Positions 34,801 through 51,600 of a stretch of 64,000 bases of DNA are shown in pieces. A model generated the notes under the pieces. That model was not told the origin of the DNA. It saw only the letters and a list, made by a program, of their open reading frames with translations, and searched no databases. The position numbers and the translations under genes were made by a program. Each line of letters begins with the position of its first letter. The stretch's first letter is position 1. This DNA comes from Paraspadella gotoi (lineage: Eukaryota; Animalia; Chaetognatha), in the NCBI GenBank assembly GCA_051294375.1, contig CM119267.1:25869293-25933292 (forward strand), written 5' to 3'.

Positions 34801-37800
34801 ATTCGTTTGTTTTTTAAAAATTATTTTTGAAAAAAAGAATTTTACTTTTCAACAGAAACTCCCGATCGTTGTTTGTCGTCTCATGTCCCACGTATTCGCT
34901 GACGACGGTTTTTCCGATTCCGCGGCGTCGCTGTTTCGTGGAATCTGGATTCCCCGTCTCTTGGTAGAAGGCGGCGCTCTATGGTTGGAGGAGGGGAGTT
35001 TCGTCGCGATTGACGAAGCGACTAAGACGACCCAATCGGCGCGGAGTTACTTACAGGTGTTAACAATGCCGGGAGAGTTGTTGACTAATAAATATAAAAA
35101 ATAGTTGCCAATAAAGTCAAAGGCTTTTTTTTTCAGCTTCTCTCGACCTTCGCCCGCCTCATTGTCAAACTCGCCTTCGACCTAAACGCCATGTCATCCA
35201 TCCCAAGACTTTTAACGATCGTCTCCGAGGTCGTTTTCGTATCCGACCTTCTGCGAGCAGACGTCTCCGTCCTCGGACCTGTCGACGTCGCTAGTCCTTT
35301 TCTGGATCGACTTCGAGACTCATTCGCCGAATTCGAAGCTAAATCTCTAAGTCTCGGGATCGTTGATTCTAGCGAAGGTGGGCCAAGACGATCAGCAGGT
35401 TTTTTTAATTTCACAAATAATAAAGGGATATGAAAATCTCGGAATAATTCTTTAGGTGATAAATACAACTATTTAGTACTTACTATAAAAAACCTGAATT
35501 TTTGTTAATTCTGCTAGCGGAGAAACGCGCGGCGGCGGAGTGCTTGGCGTGGGCGGCGCTGGATTCTTGGCGCGATTCTGAGAAAATCGTCGACCCAGAG
35601 ATTCGCTTCTTCCGCAAAACCTGCGCCCTTCGACTCCTCGTGCGAATCGATGATCTATTAACCAATGGATCGAGGAGAAGCTTTGTGGATTTACTCTCTC
35701 GAGGTTAATGGGGAGAGGGATTGTTGAGGATAATTAGATTTAAACTGTGTACTACTTATTTGATTGATATCAATTTTGTTTAGTATTTGTTCAATAATGA
35801 ATTGTGTTCCTTTTCCATCAGTCGGCTTCGTGGATTATTTCCTTGATTTCGATGGCTCCTGCAATTTAGAGGATTTCATCTCTGATGAAGTTTTTCTTCT
35901 TATTCGTCAATGTGATCGACGAGTGGACGAGCGACTGTGGAGAGAGCGAAGGGAGATCGTGGAAAGACTCCATTTATTGGTTGGAAAGGGAAAAGTAGTG
36001 GAAGAGGCTGGGGAGACGAAAGTGAAGAATAAAACCCGTGAGATAAGTCAACTTCTCGTGCGGATTATGCGGCTTTTGAACGATGACGACGACGATGATG
36101 ATAACCGTGGCGAAATTTCCTGCCTTCGTCTTTCAGTTTTTCGTAATCTTATGACAGCAAGCGACGATTTCGGCGAAGAGGTGAGTTATGACAGTTTTGA
36201 TTGATTTTTTTTTTCACGCATAAGTAATATTTATTAAATATATCCTCTTTTACCCAGATTCTCGCTTGTGTCAACGTGGAAAAGGAATCGTCTTGGTCAA
36301 GTCTTCAATTCAATGTTGGCCTAATTCGCTTCTTCGCTCAATTCTTATCTTCTTCTTCTTACGATGACCTCTTCCTCCTTTCTCCCATCGAATGGGAGTT
36401 TCTCTTTTCTCACGCCGCCTCTTGGCTTCTGTCAGCGACAGAGACGAGAGACAACGTTACCGACGAGTCGCTTCCGGCGCTCTCTCTCAAATCCTTGACT
36501 TTTCTCGGCGCCGTCATTGATCTTGTCGCCGCCGTCTCGCCCCTTTTCTGCCCGAAATGTCGTCCTTGCATCGTTGAACCATCAGTCGATGTCCCTGCCG
36601 ACGAGTCTTCTTGGCTGAAAGCGGTCAAGTTAGGGGCGGCGCCGCTCTTTCCTTGGGCCAAGAATCCGACGGAAACGCCAGAGTCTGAGTGGACGAGTGC
36701 TTTTGCTGAGCAGATCTTTGCCTCGACTGCTTCGTGCTTTATCTCCTTTGCCGCCGCTTCGGCTCGTCTTTCCTCCTTTTCCTCCTCCTCCTCCTCTGTC
36801 GTCTTCGCCTTTGCTGAACTGACCCGATTTGCTGCCGTTGCCGCCTCCTTCCGCGCGGCCCTCGAGTGTTGCGTTCCCGACGAAGCATTGGACGCGATCG
36901 ATGTGGGGGCGCGACTCGTCGCCGACGACGCCGCCTCCGCCACCTCTCTTAGACTCCAGTCCATCGTCAACAACCTCGTCGTGGGATTGGAGTCGCCGTT
37001 CGTCGATGTCAGATCCACCGCCTTTCATCTTTTGTCTCGACTGATGCCCCGAGTGGCCAAAGAGGAGGAAGAAGGATCTCAGAGAAAAGAGAGAGAGGAG
37101 GAGGAGGAGGAAGATACGGACGGCGCGGGCCTGTCTCCACCCGCTTCTCTCGTGGCTATCGTGAGTGTTAAAGGATTTTCTTTAAATTTAGGCAGCTTCA
37201 AAGCTTTTGATTATCATTAAACAATAAAATTCGTTAATTTACTTCACTTTGTAGATCGACACGACGCAAGCGGCTCTCGATCTCCTCGTAGAGGGTCTAC
37301 CTCTGGGCGAGGCTTTCCTTGTCGACGAGGGCGACGATGGGGCCACCGTACGCGGCTTTGTCCTTTCCAATTTGCTGGCGTGGAATCTCCTTCGCCGTCT
37401 TTTAAGCGCCGCCTCGCCTGCACTTCGAGCTCAGTTCGTCGTTTTCCTCGGCGATCGCCTCCCTCGTTTTCTTCGCCTTTCTCTTTTCCTCCTTCCCGTC
37501 TGCCTTCGACGCGATCCCCGGCGAGCCGCTGCAGCGTCCGCCGGCGCCAGAAAAGCGGCTGAGGCTGCGCGCGCTTTGCCTGGCGCCGTTTTTGACGTCG
37601 AGGATCGAGAGGAGGACGCGGCTTTTGTTTTGTTAAATCAGGTGGGAGAATTATCAAAAATTAGTTGAACATTTTAATTAATTGTGAAACTTTACTCAAT
37701 CAATCATTTTTGTTTTGTTAGTATAATTTTGTCAATACTCTAAAATTTTGTTTAAAGGTTAAATGTTTAAATGTCTAAATTGTTTTGTCAGGATCCAATC

Positions 37801-38850
37801 TTGTCCCCTCGACGCAATCCCGTTATTGAACTCAATTCGCGTTGCCGTCGGCTTCCCTCCTTTCACGCGGGTTTAGGATTTTATCTGCCACGGCGGAAGT
37901 CTTTTGCCTTGGTCAGAGGAGGAGGAGGAGGTTTCCTCGGAAATTCAACGCCTTCTCCTTTTCTTCGTTGCATCAACGCCCTCGCAGGAGCCACATTCGT
38001 CGGGGTCATCCGTGACCTCCCTGCCTCAGTTCGTCAATGGTACAACGACGCCGACAGAAAGACGGCGTCATTGGCCGAAAGAGTCTGCGCCAATCACGTT
38101 TCGCCGGTAGCTTGTGGGTTTTATTCTGTTTATTTTATTCTATTCACAACTCGAGCTTGTTGTTCTATTTGTACATTTTTCTTACTCAAGAGATATGAAG
38201 AAATCAATTTGAAAATAACAAAATTTTGATTGAATTCATTGATGCAGTTTTAATATTAGAGATAATGGCGGACGATTTTGTGGCTGTCTTAATAAATACA
38301 AGTTTAAAACAAATACAAGTAATAAGTTTAATAAATCAATAACATAGTTTTGTCGTTTCAGGTTCTCTGCGCCCGCGAACTGGAATCGGTGGCGCTCGAG
38401 AGCTCGACGTCCACTTTGGATGAAGTGACGGTGAAAGTCCGCAAATCCTCGCGCGAGGTCGTCGCTGTCTATCAACGCGACGAGGTCGTCCTCGAACTGC
38501 TTCTCAAGCTTCCCGCCGACTTTCCTCTTGGCGCAATCGTCGTCGAAGGTGGTCGTCGCCTCTGCGACCCCAAGGATCACAAGCGATGGATGCTGCAGCT
38601 GACGACGTTTCTTCAGCATCAAAACGGCGGCCTCCTCGACGCCGTCGCCATGTGGAAACGCAACATCGACAAGCCTTTCGAAGGAGTCGAGCCTTGCATG
38701 ATCTGTTTTTCGGTTCTCCACGGCAGCAATTACCAAATGCCGAAGCTAACCTGCAAGGCTTGCAAGAAGAAGTTTCACTCGGCCTGTCTCTACAAGTGGT
38801 TCAGCGCCAGTGTGAACTCTTCGTGTCCCATGTGTAGAAGTCTCTTTTGA
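31877..38850 (+). CDS. LTN1: E3 ubiquitin ligase listerin (ribosome quality control)
   Basis: N-terminal AQRTKGNTKPSNSGRAA and KKMTKKDATTK; C-terminal RWD plus RING (CMICFSVLH..CKACKKKFHSACLYKWF..CPMCR). Approximate exons: 31877-32179, 32272-34782, 34856-35056, 35137-35398, 35518-35703, 35822-36180, 36258-37160, 37255-37641, 37792-38106 (may contain a small in-frame intron), 38362-38850. Confidence 0.96.
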
Positions 38851-39122
38851 AGTAATTGGTATCAAAGATTTTCTTTAAAAGAAAAGGGGTGTATTGCAGC
38901 AATATTTAGACTTTAGGAGGAAGCCTTATCGTGTTCATCATTGTGAGCGATATTAACTTATAATTTTTATAGAGTTTTTAGAATGAAACGTCCTTCTGTT
39001 GTGCCTTTCGAGAAACGTCATTTTCTTAAATTTGTTTTGGTTCAGAACAGATGAAAGACGCACAATTACAAGTATGTTTGTCTTGTCTGTGATAAAAAGG
39101 ATTAGAAAACGTTTATTAGAAG

Positions 39123-41374
<2,252 letters not shown>

Positions 41375-41719
41375 ACGTTTATCACGCTATTGCTGTTTGG
41401 ACACTCAATGAGTCTTTTGTTACTTATTTGTTAATTTATTTCTATTTTTAAGACTAAGGGTCTTAATATATACTTCGATGATCATGATGAAAATCATGAT
41501 GTTATCATAGTTTCATACTTTGTGTTTGAAACGAAAAAAACGCTTAGGAAATTGCGTCAATTTTCTAAATCAAAATTATTTGCTGCTTGGCACCACAATC
41601 GCGGTTCCAATACCCGGAAACAAAAATTATCAGGGCTCTGCCTTTTTATGGTTTCGGAAGTTTACGATTAACAAAAGAAAAAAAATCCTAATTTTTGTCC
41701 GAGCTTTTTAGACAATGCA

Positions 41720-44023
41720 ATGGAAGAGCACAACGTCTCGGAGCCGAGACATTTCTCGGAATTAGCGGTGAGGGATGCCATTCTCGACCTAAAGAGAATC
41801 GACATCAACTCTCGTGATCACAAAAATTTTAAAAAATTTCAACGAATCAACAACAACAACAACAACGATTTGGAGCAAGAAAAGCAGGTTGGGTGCCCTG
41901 ACTTTAGAATAAGATCGAAATTCGTACTAATTTTTATGAAATATTGAATTAACTGTAAACCGTTAACGAATTTTGTCGTTACAAGTTTGAACCCGCGACG
42001 CAAATGACGTCGACCGAAACGGACAACGGGACGACTTCCGAGTCGGAAGCCGAGGAGCCTCTCGACATCATAGACGCGCAGTCGGGGGGCAGCGGTGATG
42101 AAGGGACTTGGTTAGTGATCCCACTTGTACCCCATTGACCTTTCTCATCCTTTCGTCTTCAATTTTTCATCTGCTCATCTCTTTTTTTCTTCCTTTTGTA
42201 TGAATCAGGTTGTACCAGTCGCCGTCGTCGAAGTCCGGTTCATCCTCGCTGCGTTATGGCAGAAATATGGAAGATTCCGTCGTCATGAATCACATTAAAA
42301 GAAAGGTCTTTTTTTTCTTTTTAACAATAGTTTTCTCGGTATCACGTGACCCGCTTCTTTCTTACTTCAGTTAAAATCTTCGCCGGTGGATTGGTTGAGG
42401 CGAGACTTGGACGAAACTCCATCGCCCGACGTGTTAAAGGCGCGGAGTTCGCTTTTAAATAAACTGGACGAAATCACTAAAGGTCGAGACCAACTTTTTC
42501 TTTTCTTTTTATCTCTTTCCCTTATTCTACGTATCTCTTTGCTTCTCCTTTTTCTTCCATACTCTCTTTCTTTTCTTGCTCTTTTATTTTCTTTTTGCCC
42601 TTTTCTTTTTATCGAGCCTACCGGCGAAGCCGGTTCAGGCTCGATATTGATTCGGGTGAGCTTCTTTGTAACGTCGTCGTCGGCGTCGGCGTCACGCATT
42701 TTTTTGGCTGGGACTTACCGTTTTTTTTTAGTAAGTACAAAATTTAGATATGGCTTCTCATCTTGAAATAGCTCTGAAATTTTCATATTACATTTGGATT
42801 CAAGTATTTTTTGTTTGAATTTCCACTTCATTATGATTTACTGCACTATGCAAATGAGATTATAGTACTCATTATAATATCCAAATTAGTATATAGAAAT
42901 GCTTTAATCTAATTTACATATTGCAGTAAATAATATTGAAGATGAAATTCATAAACAAATCTTTGAATCAATAAAAAACATATGAAATCAAAAGACCTTT
43001 TTAATGAGAAGCTATATCTTAATTTTAATACAAATAAAAATAAAATCTTTTACAAGCTATGATTGGAAAAAATTGTAAAAATTTCCAATTGTAAACAATT
43101 GTAACATTTTTTTTCCTTTCTTTTATTTCTTTAAATAATATTAGAGATGAGCATCGTTTGAATCGAAGCTCCGATCAAGATTCCTTTATATTTCATTCTA
43201 TTCAAAACTGCATAGTCACGGCCCAAAAAAATTATATCAATATGGGCAGATTTCGAAAGCTTGGCGTCTTGGGAAGCCAATGGAGGTAGAGCGCGATCGA
43301 AATTCCCATTTTATCATGCCCAAAAATGGTATTTAAATAGACTGGTCAGGTCGTTTTTTCCCTATTCCAAGAAAACCTCCTGGCTCTTGAGTAAAAAAGA
43401 CCAAATCATACATATTAGTACAGTTTCCGAAACCTTATTGTCTTCTCTACATGATGAAAAAAAGCAAAATTAAAATTCTTGCAATCTTAATTGCTTGATA
43501 AAGCAATCAAATGAACTGTTTTTTTAGGTGAAAACTGCAAGTCAAGCCTTCATTTTTTTCAATTTTTGACACAATTGACAGAAACTGTATTGATTTTACT
43601 ATTCAAATCAGGTAGAGCGCGGGCTTAATTCAAAAGCGTTTTCTCAATATAATGCAAAATTTAAAAAAAGTCCAATAAAAATTCATTAAAAACAAAAATC
43701 GTCGCACAGTGTTGCTTGTGAGTCCCAAATGCTAGAAAAATAAATTTTTAAATTTTTATATTATTATATAATATATAAAATATTTATATAAATATAATTA
43801 TAGTTTTAAAAATATTTTTTTTATTCAATCTGAAAAAGGTAATACTATATATTATATATATATGTATAAAAATATATTTTACAATAAAATTAACTAATTT
43901 TTTTAAACTGCAAGTTTTTTTTTATCATGGTATAATTAAAAAACATAGGATTAAAATAAAATTTTAATTTTAATAAAATATAATAATCATATTAAATATA
44001 ATAAATTTAAAACATTTTTAATT

Positions 44024-44059
<36 letters not shown>

Positions 44060-45640
44060 ACAAAATATTTTATTTTTTAATTTTACTTTTTAATTATAAT
44101 TATTATTTTTATTATTATTATTATTTTTATTATTATTATTATTATTTTTATTATTATATAATCTGATAATAATATATATTTTATTATAAAATAATTTTTT
44201 TATTTATTTAAAATTATAAAAAAAATATATTTTAATTATTTTAATATTCAAATAAATTTTTAAAAAATTATTTTTATAATTCATATATAATAAAAAAATA
44301 TTTTTAACTGAACGGGATTTTTCTTAAAAATTCAGGCCCAGGATCTCACTGTGCGCCGGTTCTAAAGCTTAGTACTACGCATAGTACTAATCTTTGTTGG
44401 ATCAAAACGAGCTCGATTTTAAAGGAAAGTTGATCGGTTTGAAGAGCGATTTTTGCGATTGCTTTTTGGCGATTACTTTTGAACGGATTGTCGGATTATG
44501 ATGAAATTATGCATGTAGATAATGTTTGCAATTGTCTATCGAACGCTACCAAATTTGATATAAAACAATGAGTTGTTTAGAAACGATGCTCATCCCCAAT
44601 AATATATAGATTTTTCTTCTTATTAGTCGGATCTGCTTATCAGCAGATCTCGACTCTATAATTCACTTTGTCGGTCCGTCGGTCCGCCCCCTCAATATTG
44701 TCGGGCACTAACTTATATCATGTCAGAACATCGAATTATGATAAATTATGCAAAAAAAATGTCCGTCCGTCCGTCTGTCCGTCGCATTTACTAAAATCTT
44801 TTTACTTATTTTAACCAATAAATACTCTAATTAATCAAAATTGGATGGATAGATTGAGTTCAAATTTTGTGTGTGGGTAGGAAAATGTCTGACGAAGCTT
44901 GATATAAAGTTTTGGTACGAGTGGAAATGAGTTTAAATGAAAAAAATATGAGTCACATTTACTTGACTCTTTTTACTAATTTTAACCCATAATAGATTTA
45001 TATGAAATTTTGTGAGCGGGAAGAAAAGTTTGTGAAGAAGCTAGATATAAAGTTTTGATGGAATTGTGCCAGTGGAAATGAGTTAAAATGGAAAAAATAT
45101 AAGTCACATTTACTTTATTTTAAGGACATCGATGATGATAAGCTGTATATAAATTTAAAAATAATTATTAAATATTAAAATTAACTAATTAATTAATTAA
45201 TCGATTAATTAATTAATTTTCGTAGGCAGATCTGACATTGTTTGCTCAAACTTGTTTTTGTCAGTTCCTGCCTTTTCTGAACCCTTTAAAAACGAGTTCA
45301 GGCTCTGCAGTGACTGTTCAGCTGTCTTCCAGCGGCTGTCCAGTAGAGATGTGAAAATGATAAAATTTTAGAAAATTAAAATTTAGCATATTAAACATAA
45401 AAATAAAAACTAATAAAAATACTTCAGTAAATTTATTTTTTAATTTTATACATTAGTTGGCACCAGTGAGCTATATTTCTATATAGTAATAAGTATATTT
45501 ATTATAATAAGCTAAAATTTCAAATTGCAATTTTTTAAATTTTAAGATCGGATTTGGATTCCTTATAAAAAGTTGATACAAGAAAGTATAATTTTTAGTC
45601 GGATCTGCTTATCAGCAGATCCCGACTCTATAATTCATTT

Positions 45641-45672
<32 letters not shown>

Positions 45673-48600
45673 ACTCATACACGCATTTGTTTGTTTTATT
45701 TATGATGAATGATTCATTGCGTCAATGAATGACTATCATCGCATCAATGAATGACTATCATCGTATCAATGAATGACTATCATCGTATCAATGAATGATT
45801 ATCATCACATCAATGAATGACTATCATCGGATCAACCATTTGCTTATTATCACATCAATCATTTGGTTATCATCGCATCAATCCTTTGGTTATCATCGCA
45901 TCAATATTTGGTTATCATCGCATCAATATTTGGTTATCATTGAATGGAGGCTCGATCCTTTTCTTTTAAGATTTTTAAGCTTTTCTTTCTCTTCGCCTCC
46001 CCATAGTCGTACTTGAACGATTAGAATTTCCTCGAAAAGAGTTGAAGAAAAGCGGCTGTGCGCCCATCATGCATCCCCTTTTCACCATTTTATTTTATTT
46101 CTTTATCTCTTTAATTTTATTTAAATTAACATTATTTCTTTTTCTACTTGTGAAAAATAGAAGATATCACCGCCGCCACTTCCACCATCTTAATAATAGT
46201 TGACGTTTTCACGGTGTTGGATTTCGATTTTCAACGATTTCACTCTCACATTCACTCCTTTTGTTTCGCTTCCTTTTTTTTCGCTTCACAATTAACGCTT
46301 TCGCTCGCTAACAATGCGGACGGCACCTGTGTTTGGTATTAACGCTCGTTTATAAACCAACGAACAAAATCCGCAACTTTTGTTTTTGGCCAAAAGGCGG
46401 AAAAGCTTCGCCTCATTTCGGGGTCCAAATGAGAAGATCAACGGGTGAGCGGATCAATTAAAACTTGATGTTTACATAAGTTACATTAATACTTATATTA
46501 TTACATTTCTTTACCGACTTAGTGTTTGTCGCATCAAAGTAATGACCATTTAATTAAACTTAAAGAGTTTAATTTTCAAAGAATAGCTTTCGTTTTAAAT
46601 TTAATCTTTCGTTTTTAAAGGTCGATTGGATACTCAAACGTTTCGCATTAGAGATTCGAAAAACCAAGTTCGAAAATCTCTGCAGGTGAAAAGAGCCTTA
46701 CTATTACTAAGTGTTACTTCTTAAATGGAAATAAGTAGTGTTCCGATAACCGTTAACTGTTATTTTAACGGTTAAATTCGGTTAATTTTCAAATGTGTTT
46801 TTTTTTTTCATTTTTTGGTATGAAATCTTTAAATTTAAAAAAAAATAAAATTTTTCCTATCTTTTCTTATTCTTGGACTAAGCTCTGACGAACAAAGCCC
46901 GAGGTTTTTTTAAATATATTCCTATACCGGCCAAGGTAGAATGATGGCAATATTGTTAATATTAAGTTTCAAAAAAATACAACCATAAATATAGAAAATA
47001 TTACCAAAAATCTTTGGAAAATCCACCCTTCTTTGGAAGATTTTCGCCATAGAAGATTTTTCCAGAATCTGACTCCCGTTGAAAACTCTTAGAATCGCAT
47101 CGTTAGCTCTCTTTATTTACTTTAAATAAAAATTTCACCAAAATGGACTAATTCACTTTACCATGATCATATCATATCAAAACAACCAAATAAAATGTAA
47201 AGAAAAATTTTGAGAGCCCTTCAGACACTTTGCCAAAGGATTCCAAAATTAGACGTTATTTGTTAAACAGGAACATAACCTCAGTCACGTTTATATCGTT
47301 TTCAAGGAAAAAAATCCCTTTCATTTCTATATAAAATCAGAATTTTTCCATCGAGAAGCAGTCTATTTGTTCTGGCTTGTTTATCAAGATGATGTTGATC
47401 AAGAGAAAAAATGCGACCCTTCAGATGCACAGGATCGGAATCAAGTGTTTTTTACATCGATATTTTACCAGAATTTTTACCAGGAGCGTTTATATTGTTT
47501 GGTAGTCAGATTTGAACGAAAATCTCCATTGAAAAAGTCTTCCTCGATCTCTAAGAACGACGTATACTCCTACTTATTCTCCTCTCCCTTCTCACCATAT
47601 TTTTACCCCTCTCTCTCTTCTCCACTTTTCCCTGCTTTTTCCTTATTTTCTTCTATCCTAATCTCTCTCTTATTCTTTCTTCCCTTTATATTCTCCGTAT
47701 CTTTTTTTTAGTCGGATCTGCTTATCAGCAATCCTGACTCTATATAACTCACTGTCGTCGGTCCGTCGCCCCCCTCAATATTGTCGGGCACTAACTTATA
47801 TCATGTCAGAACATCGATTATGATAAATTATGCAAAAAAAATTATGTTCGTGCGTCCGTGTCTGTCTGTCCGTCCGTTCCGTCCGTCCCATCTTTAGCAA
47901 AAAACACCAATTACTCTGATGGATGGGATTGATTATATTTGTGTGTGTGGAAGTGTGTATTGAGCTGGAATAATTTCGTGTTGAATCTCCGAGTTGAAAT
48001 GAGTAAATGGAAAAAACAAAAAAATAAAAATTCACTATTTGAACACCAATTGCTCATGAATGATGGGGCGTTTGACCTGGAATTTTGTATGTGAGTAGGA
48101 AAGTGGTGATGTATGAACAGGAAACCAAGTTTGATGGAATCTTTGATGAAATTAGTGTAAATGGAAAAAAAACAAAAACCTTGTCACTAATTGATTATGA
48201 TTTTTTTTTTCTTTATATTAAATGTATATGCAGGGTGTATTAATAAATCAAATAATTAATCAGTTAATTAATCAATTAGTAATTAATTAATCACTAATTA
48301 ATTAATCAGTCAATCAATCCGTCCATCCGTCCTATCTTAACAAAAAGCTCCAATAACTCGTGATTGGCTGGTTGGATTGGAATTAAAATTTTGTGTCGTG
48401 AGTAGGAAAGTGTGTGATTAAAGCTGGATATAAAGTTTCGATGGAATTTGTAGGTTGTGAGTGGAAATTAGTTTAAATGGAAAAAACATAAGTCCAATTT
48501 ACTAAAATCTTTTTACTTATTTTAACCAATAAATACTCTAATTAATCATAATTGGATGGATAGATGAGTTTGAAATTTTGTGATGTGTGGTAGGAAAATT

Positions 48601-51600
48601 GTTGTGACGAAGCTTGATATAAAGTTTCAGTGGAAACGTACCAGTGGAAATGAGTTTTAAATGAAAAAAAATATGAGTCACATTTACTTGAATCTTTTTA
48701 TTTATTTTAACCCATGATAGATTGAGATGAAAATTTGTGACCATAGTAAAGTGAGTAAAGCATGACATAAAGTGACGTAATTGCTAAGAAATAATTTATG
48801 AATGCTAATGTGTTGAATAAATGATGCAATTTCGTAAAAAATCCTAAATTAGCTAAGATACGCTATGCATAAAAGAGAGAGAAGAGACGAGAGAGAGAGA
48901 TGAGAAGAGAGACATAAAATAAAAAAATCTTTAAAAGACTCAAGACGAGCCAGAGCCCACTATCAAAGAAAATTAATGAAAACGGGGAAAAAAAACATAT
49001 GAGATCATGCGATAACGATATGATGAATAGTAATTGATTGAGGTAATACATTAGATGTATAGTAATTTATTGATAGTAATAGGAATGATATTATTCCGAT
49101 GATATTCAATTATGATGATGATAGTCATTTCACTGCTGTGGAAGCTCCTATGCATTGATCATTCATTGATGCGATTGATAGTCAAAAACAAACAAAGCGT
49201 GTATGAGTGAAAAGGAAGAGAGAGGAGAAGAGAGAGAGAAAGGATGAGAGAGAGAGAGAGAGAAAAAAGAGAAAGAAGAGAATAAATCCACGAAAATCTC
49301 GCGGATGAAAATATGGGATTTTGTAATAGAGACAGTTTGAGTTTAGTTTGACAACGATTTTATTTAATTCAAAAACAGACATGTTTCGGCTTTCATTTCA
49401 AGCCTGATGAAGCTTGAAATGAAGCGAAACATGTCTGTTTTTGAATTAAATAAAATCGTGTCAAAACTAAACTCAAACTGTCTCTAATCGTCCCAAACAA
49501 CGAAAAGAAAGGATTTATATCACAAGGGATTTTGTATTTAAAAAAGCGCGGAATAAATGGTAAAAGTAAAAAAGTTTTTAGAAGGAAAAAATAATCAGAA
49601 TTTTTCAAAAAACAAACGTCACGCAAGAGATCGGACAGAGGGACAGACACACACAGAGAGAAAAAGAGAGGGAGAGAGAAGCGCGCAGAGAAAAGAGAGA
49701 GAGAAAGAGCGATATATAATAATTAAAGAGAGAGAGAGAGAGAAGCTCTACTCAGCCCTTTACTCTGTTCGATAATAGGGGAATTTGTTTGTTTGTATAA
49801 AATGTTAACAAAACATTTAATATACTGTCCTGAACCAATTTTAAGGACACCTGATGTATGACAAGCTGAATATAAATTATTAATTAATTAATTAATCTAT
49901 TAATTAATTATATTAATTTAATTAAATTCTCGTATCGCAGATCCGACATTGTTTGCTCAAACTTGTTCTTTCTAACTTCCCTTTTTTCTTTCCCCCTTTC
50001 TTTTCTCTCCTTTTTTCTCCCTTTTATTTTACCTTTTTTTTTTTTTCAATAATATATATTCAATTTTGCTAAAAATAAATAATCCTTTGAAGAGACAGTA
50101 ATTATTATTATATGTTAATGACAGAACCGTTCAATATAAGCAGTCACTGAGCTTCGGATCGTGTTACAGGCGGGTTAAGTGCCCATCCCTCTTAACTGCT
50201 AGGCGGCCACCGGGCTAGAACCTCGGACCTTTGGGTTGGGAGGGGAATGGCTTGCCTCTGGCACCAATGGCCACTGATTAGCGGTTGGTGGATTTTAGTC
50301 CACCATACCTTCTTATTTTACTTTTTCTCTCTTTTTCTTTCCCTCTTTAAAATGAACAAAGAAGCAAATGAAATAAAACCGAATGAATGAAAAAAATTAA
50401 TAAAAAACCAAATAAAAAAAATTATTATAAAAAATTTAAAAATTAATAATAGAAGGAACGAATCTTAAAAAAGACATGTAGGCTACCTAAAACTATCCTT
50501 CAATAATGATGATATACTTTTTAATTAACTGAAAAATATATTTATTAATCAATAAATCTTTTGATCAATCGATAAATCAACCAGTCTATCAATAAATTAA
50601 AATTCATATTTATATTTATGGTCAATGACCAATGGTCATGGTCATGGTTTATGAAAGACTAACAACAGAAAACAAGCGTTCAAGAAACTAAAAACTACAA
50701 AAATAATGAGGAAGAGAAGTAGAGAAAGAAAAATATAAAGTAAAAGAGAGAAGAGAAAACAAAATATACTAGAATTCGATGGTATCCTTTCGTTTCATTG
50801 TATTATGAGATTAGCAAAAATATTTGTTTTGTTACAACAACAATTTTATTTGACATAAAAAACAGACATGTTTTGACTCTGTTAAATACTGAGTTTGTTT
50901 TATATCTTAATTAAATTATAAAATTAACCGATCTTAACGGTTAACCGTTAAAAATGTTAGTTTTAACGGCTAAGCGAATTTCCTAAATAATTAACGGTTA
51001 TCGGAACTCTAGAAATAAGTAGTTTGATTTTTCATAGCCGGATAATTGTTCATTTGTTTTGGTTTGGATTAAATGTCCAGGAACTGATCAACGTGGCCGG
51101 TCCTCATCAAGCGACGGCCACTCAGACATCCGGAACTTCGGGTCAGGATCATTTCACCGAAGACGTGGGGATGCAGACTTCCTTCGTCGACGAAGCCTGT
51201 GAGTTCATTTTTTAAATTTTTTGCTCGTCTAATCGTTTTCAAGTCTTAATTAGCATTATCGCCACCCAATTCCCGCTCGCAATTATAAAGTAATTCACAT
51301 CTTCTCTGTTAAATATTTATTTACAATGTAGTAATATATACGTAGTATATATATAGTATACATATAGTATACATTATACAATGTATACAATGTATATTAT
51401 ACATATGTATATAGCATATACATATATATATATAGCATATACATAGTAATAAGTAAAAGAACGTTTGTTTTATTTTCTATTTGGATGACAAAATATATGA
51501 GTAACGCAAGAACTAATGGCGACGACACGAAGTGCGTCGCATGATTCCAGGTTCCACTTTGACCCTCCCACGGTCGGCGGGGAGAAAAGCGAGGCCCCCG

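Larger units (their letters stand above)
46736..51011. mobile_element. hAT-like element with nested insertions in SLAIN intron 5
   Basis: TIRs tagtgttccgataaccgttaa / ttaacggttatcggaactcta, perfect 8-bp TSD GAAATAAG and subterminal ttaacgg repeats. Confidence 0.88.

Noticed and set aside
45705-45940. CRISPR-like regularly spaced repeats
   Set aside because: Contiguous 22-bp minisatellite without unique spacers; no cas genes; eukaryotic context.
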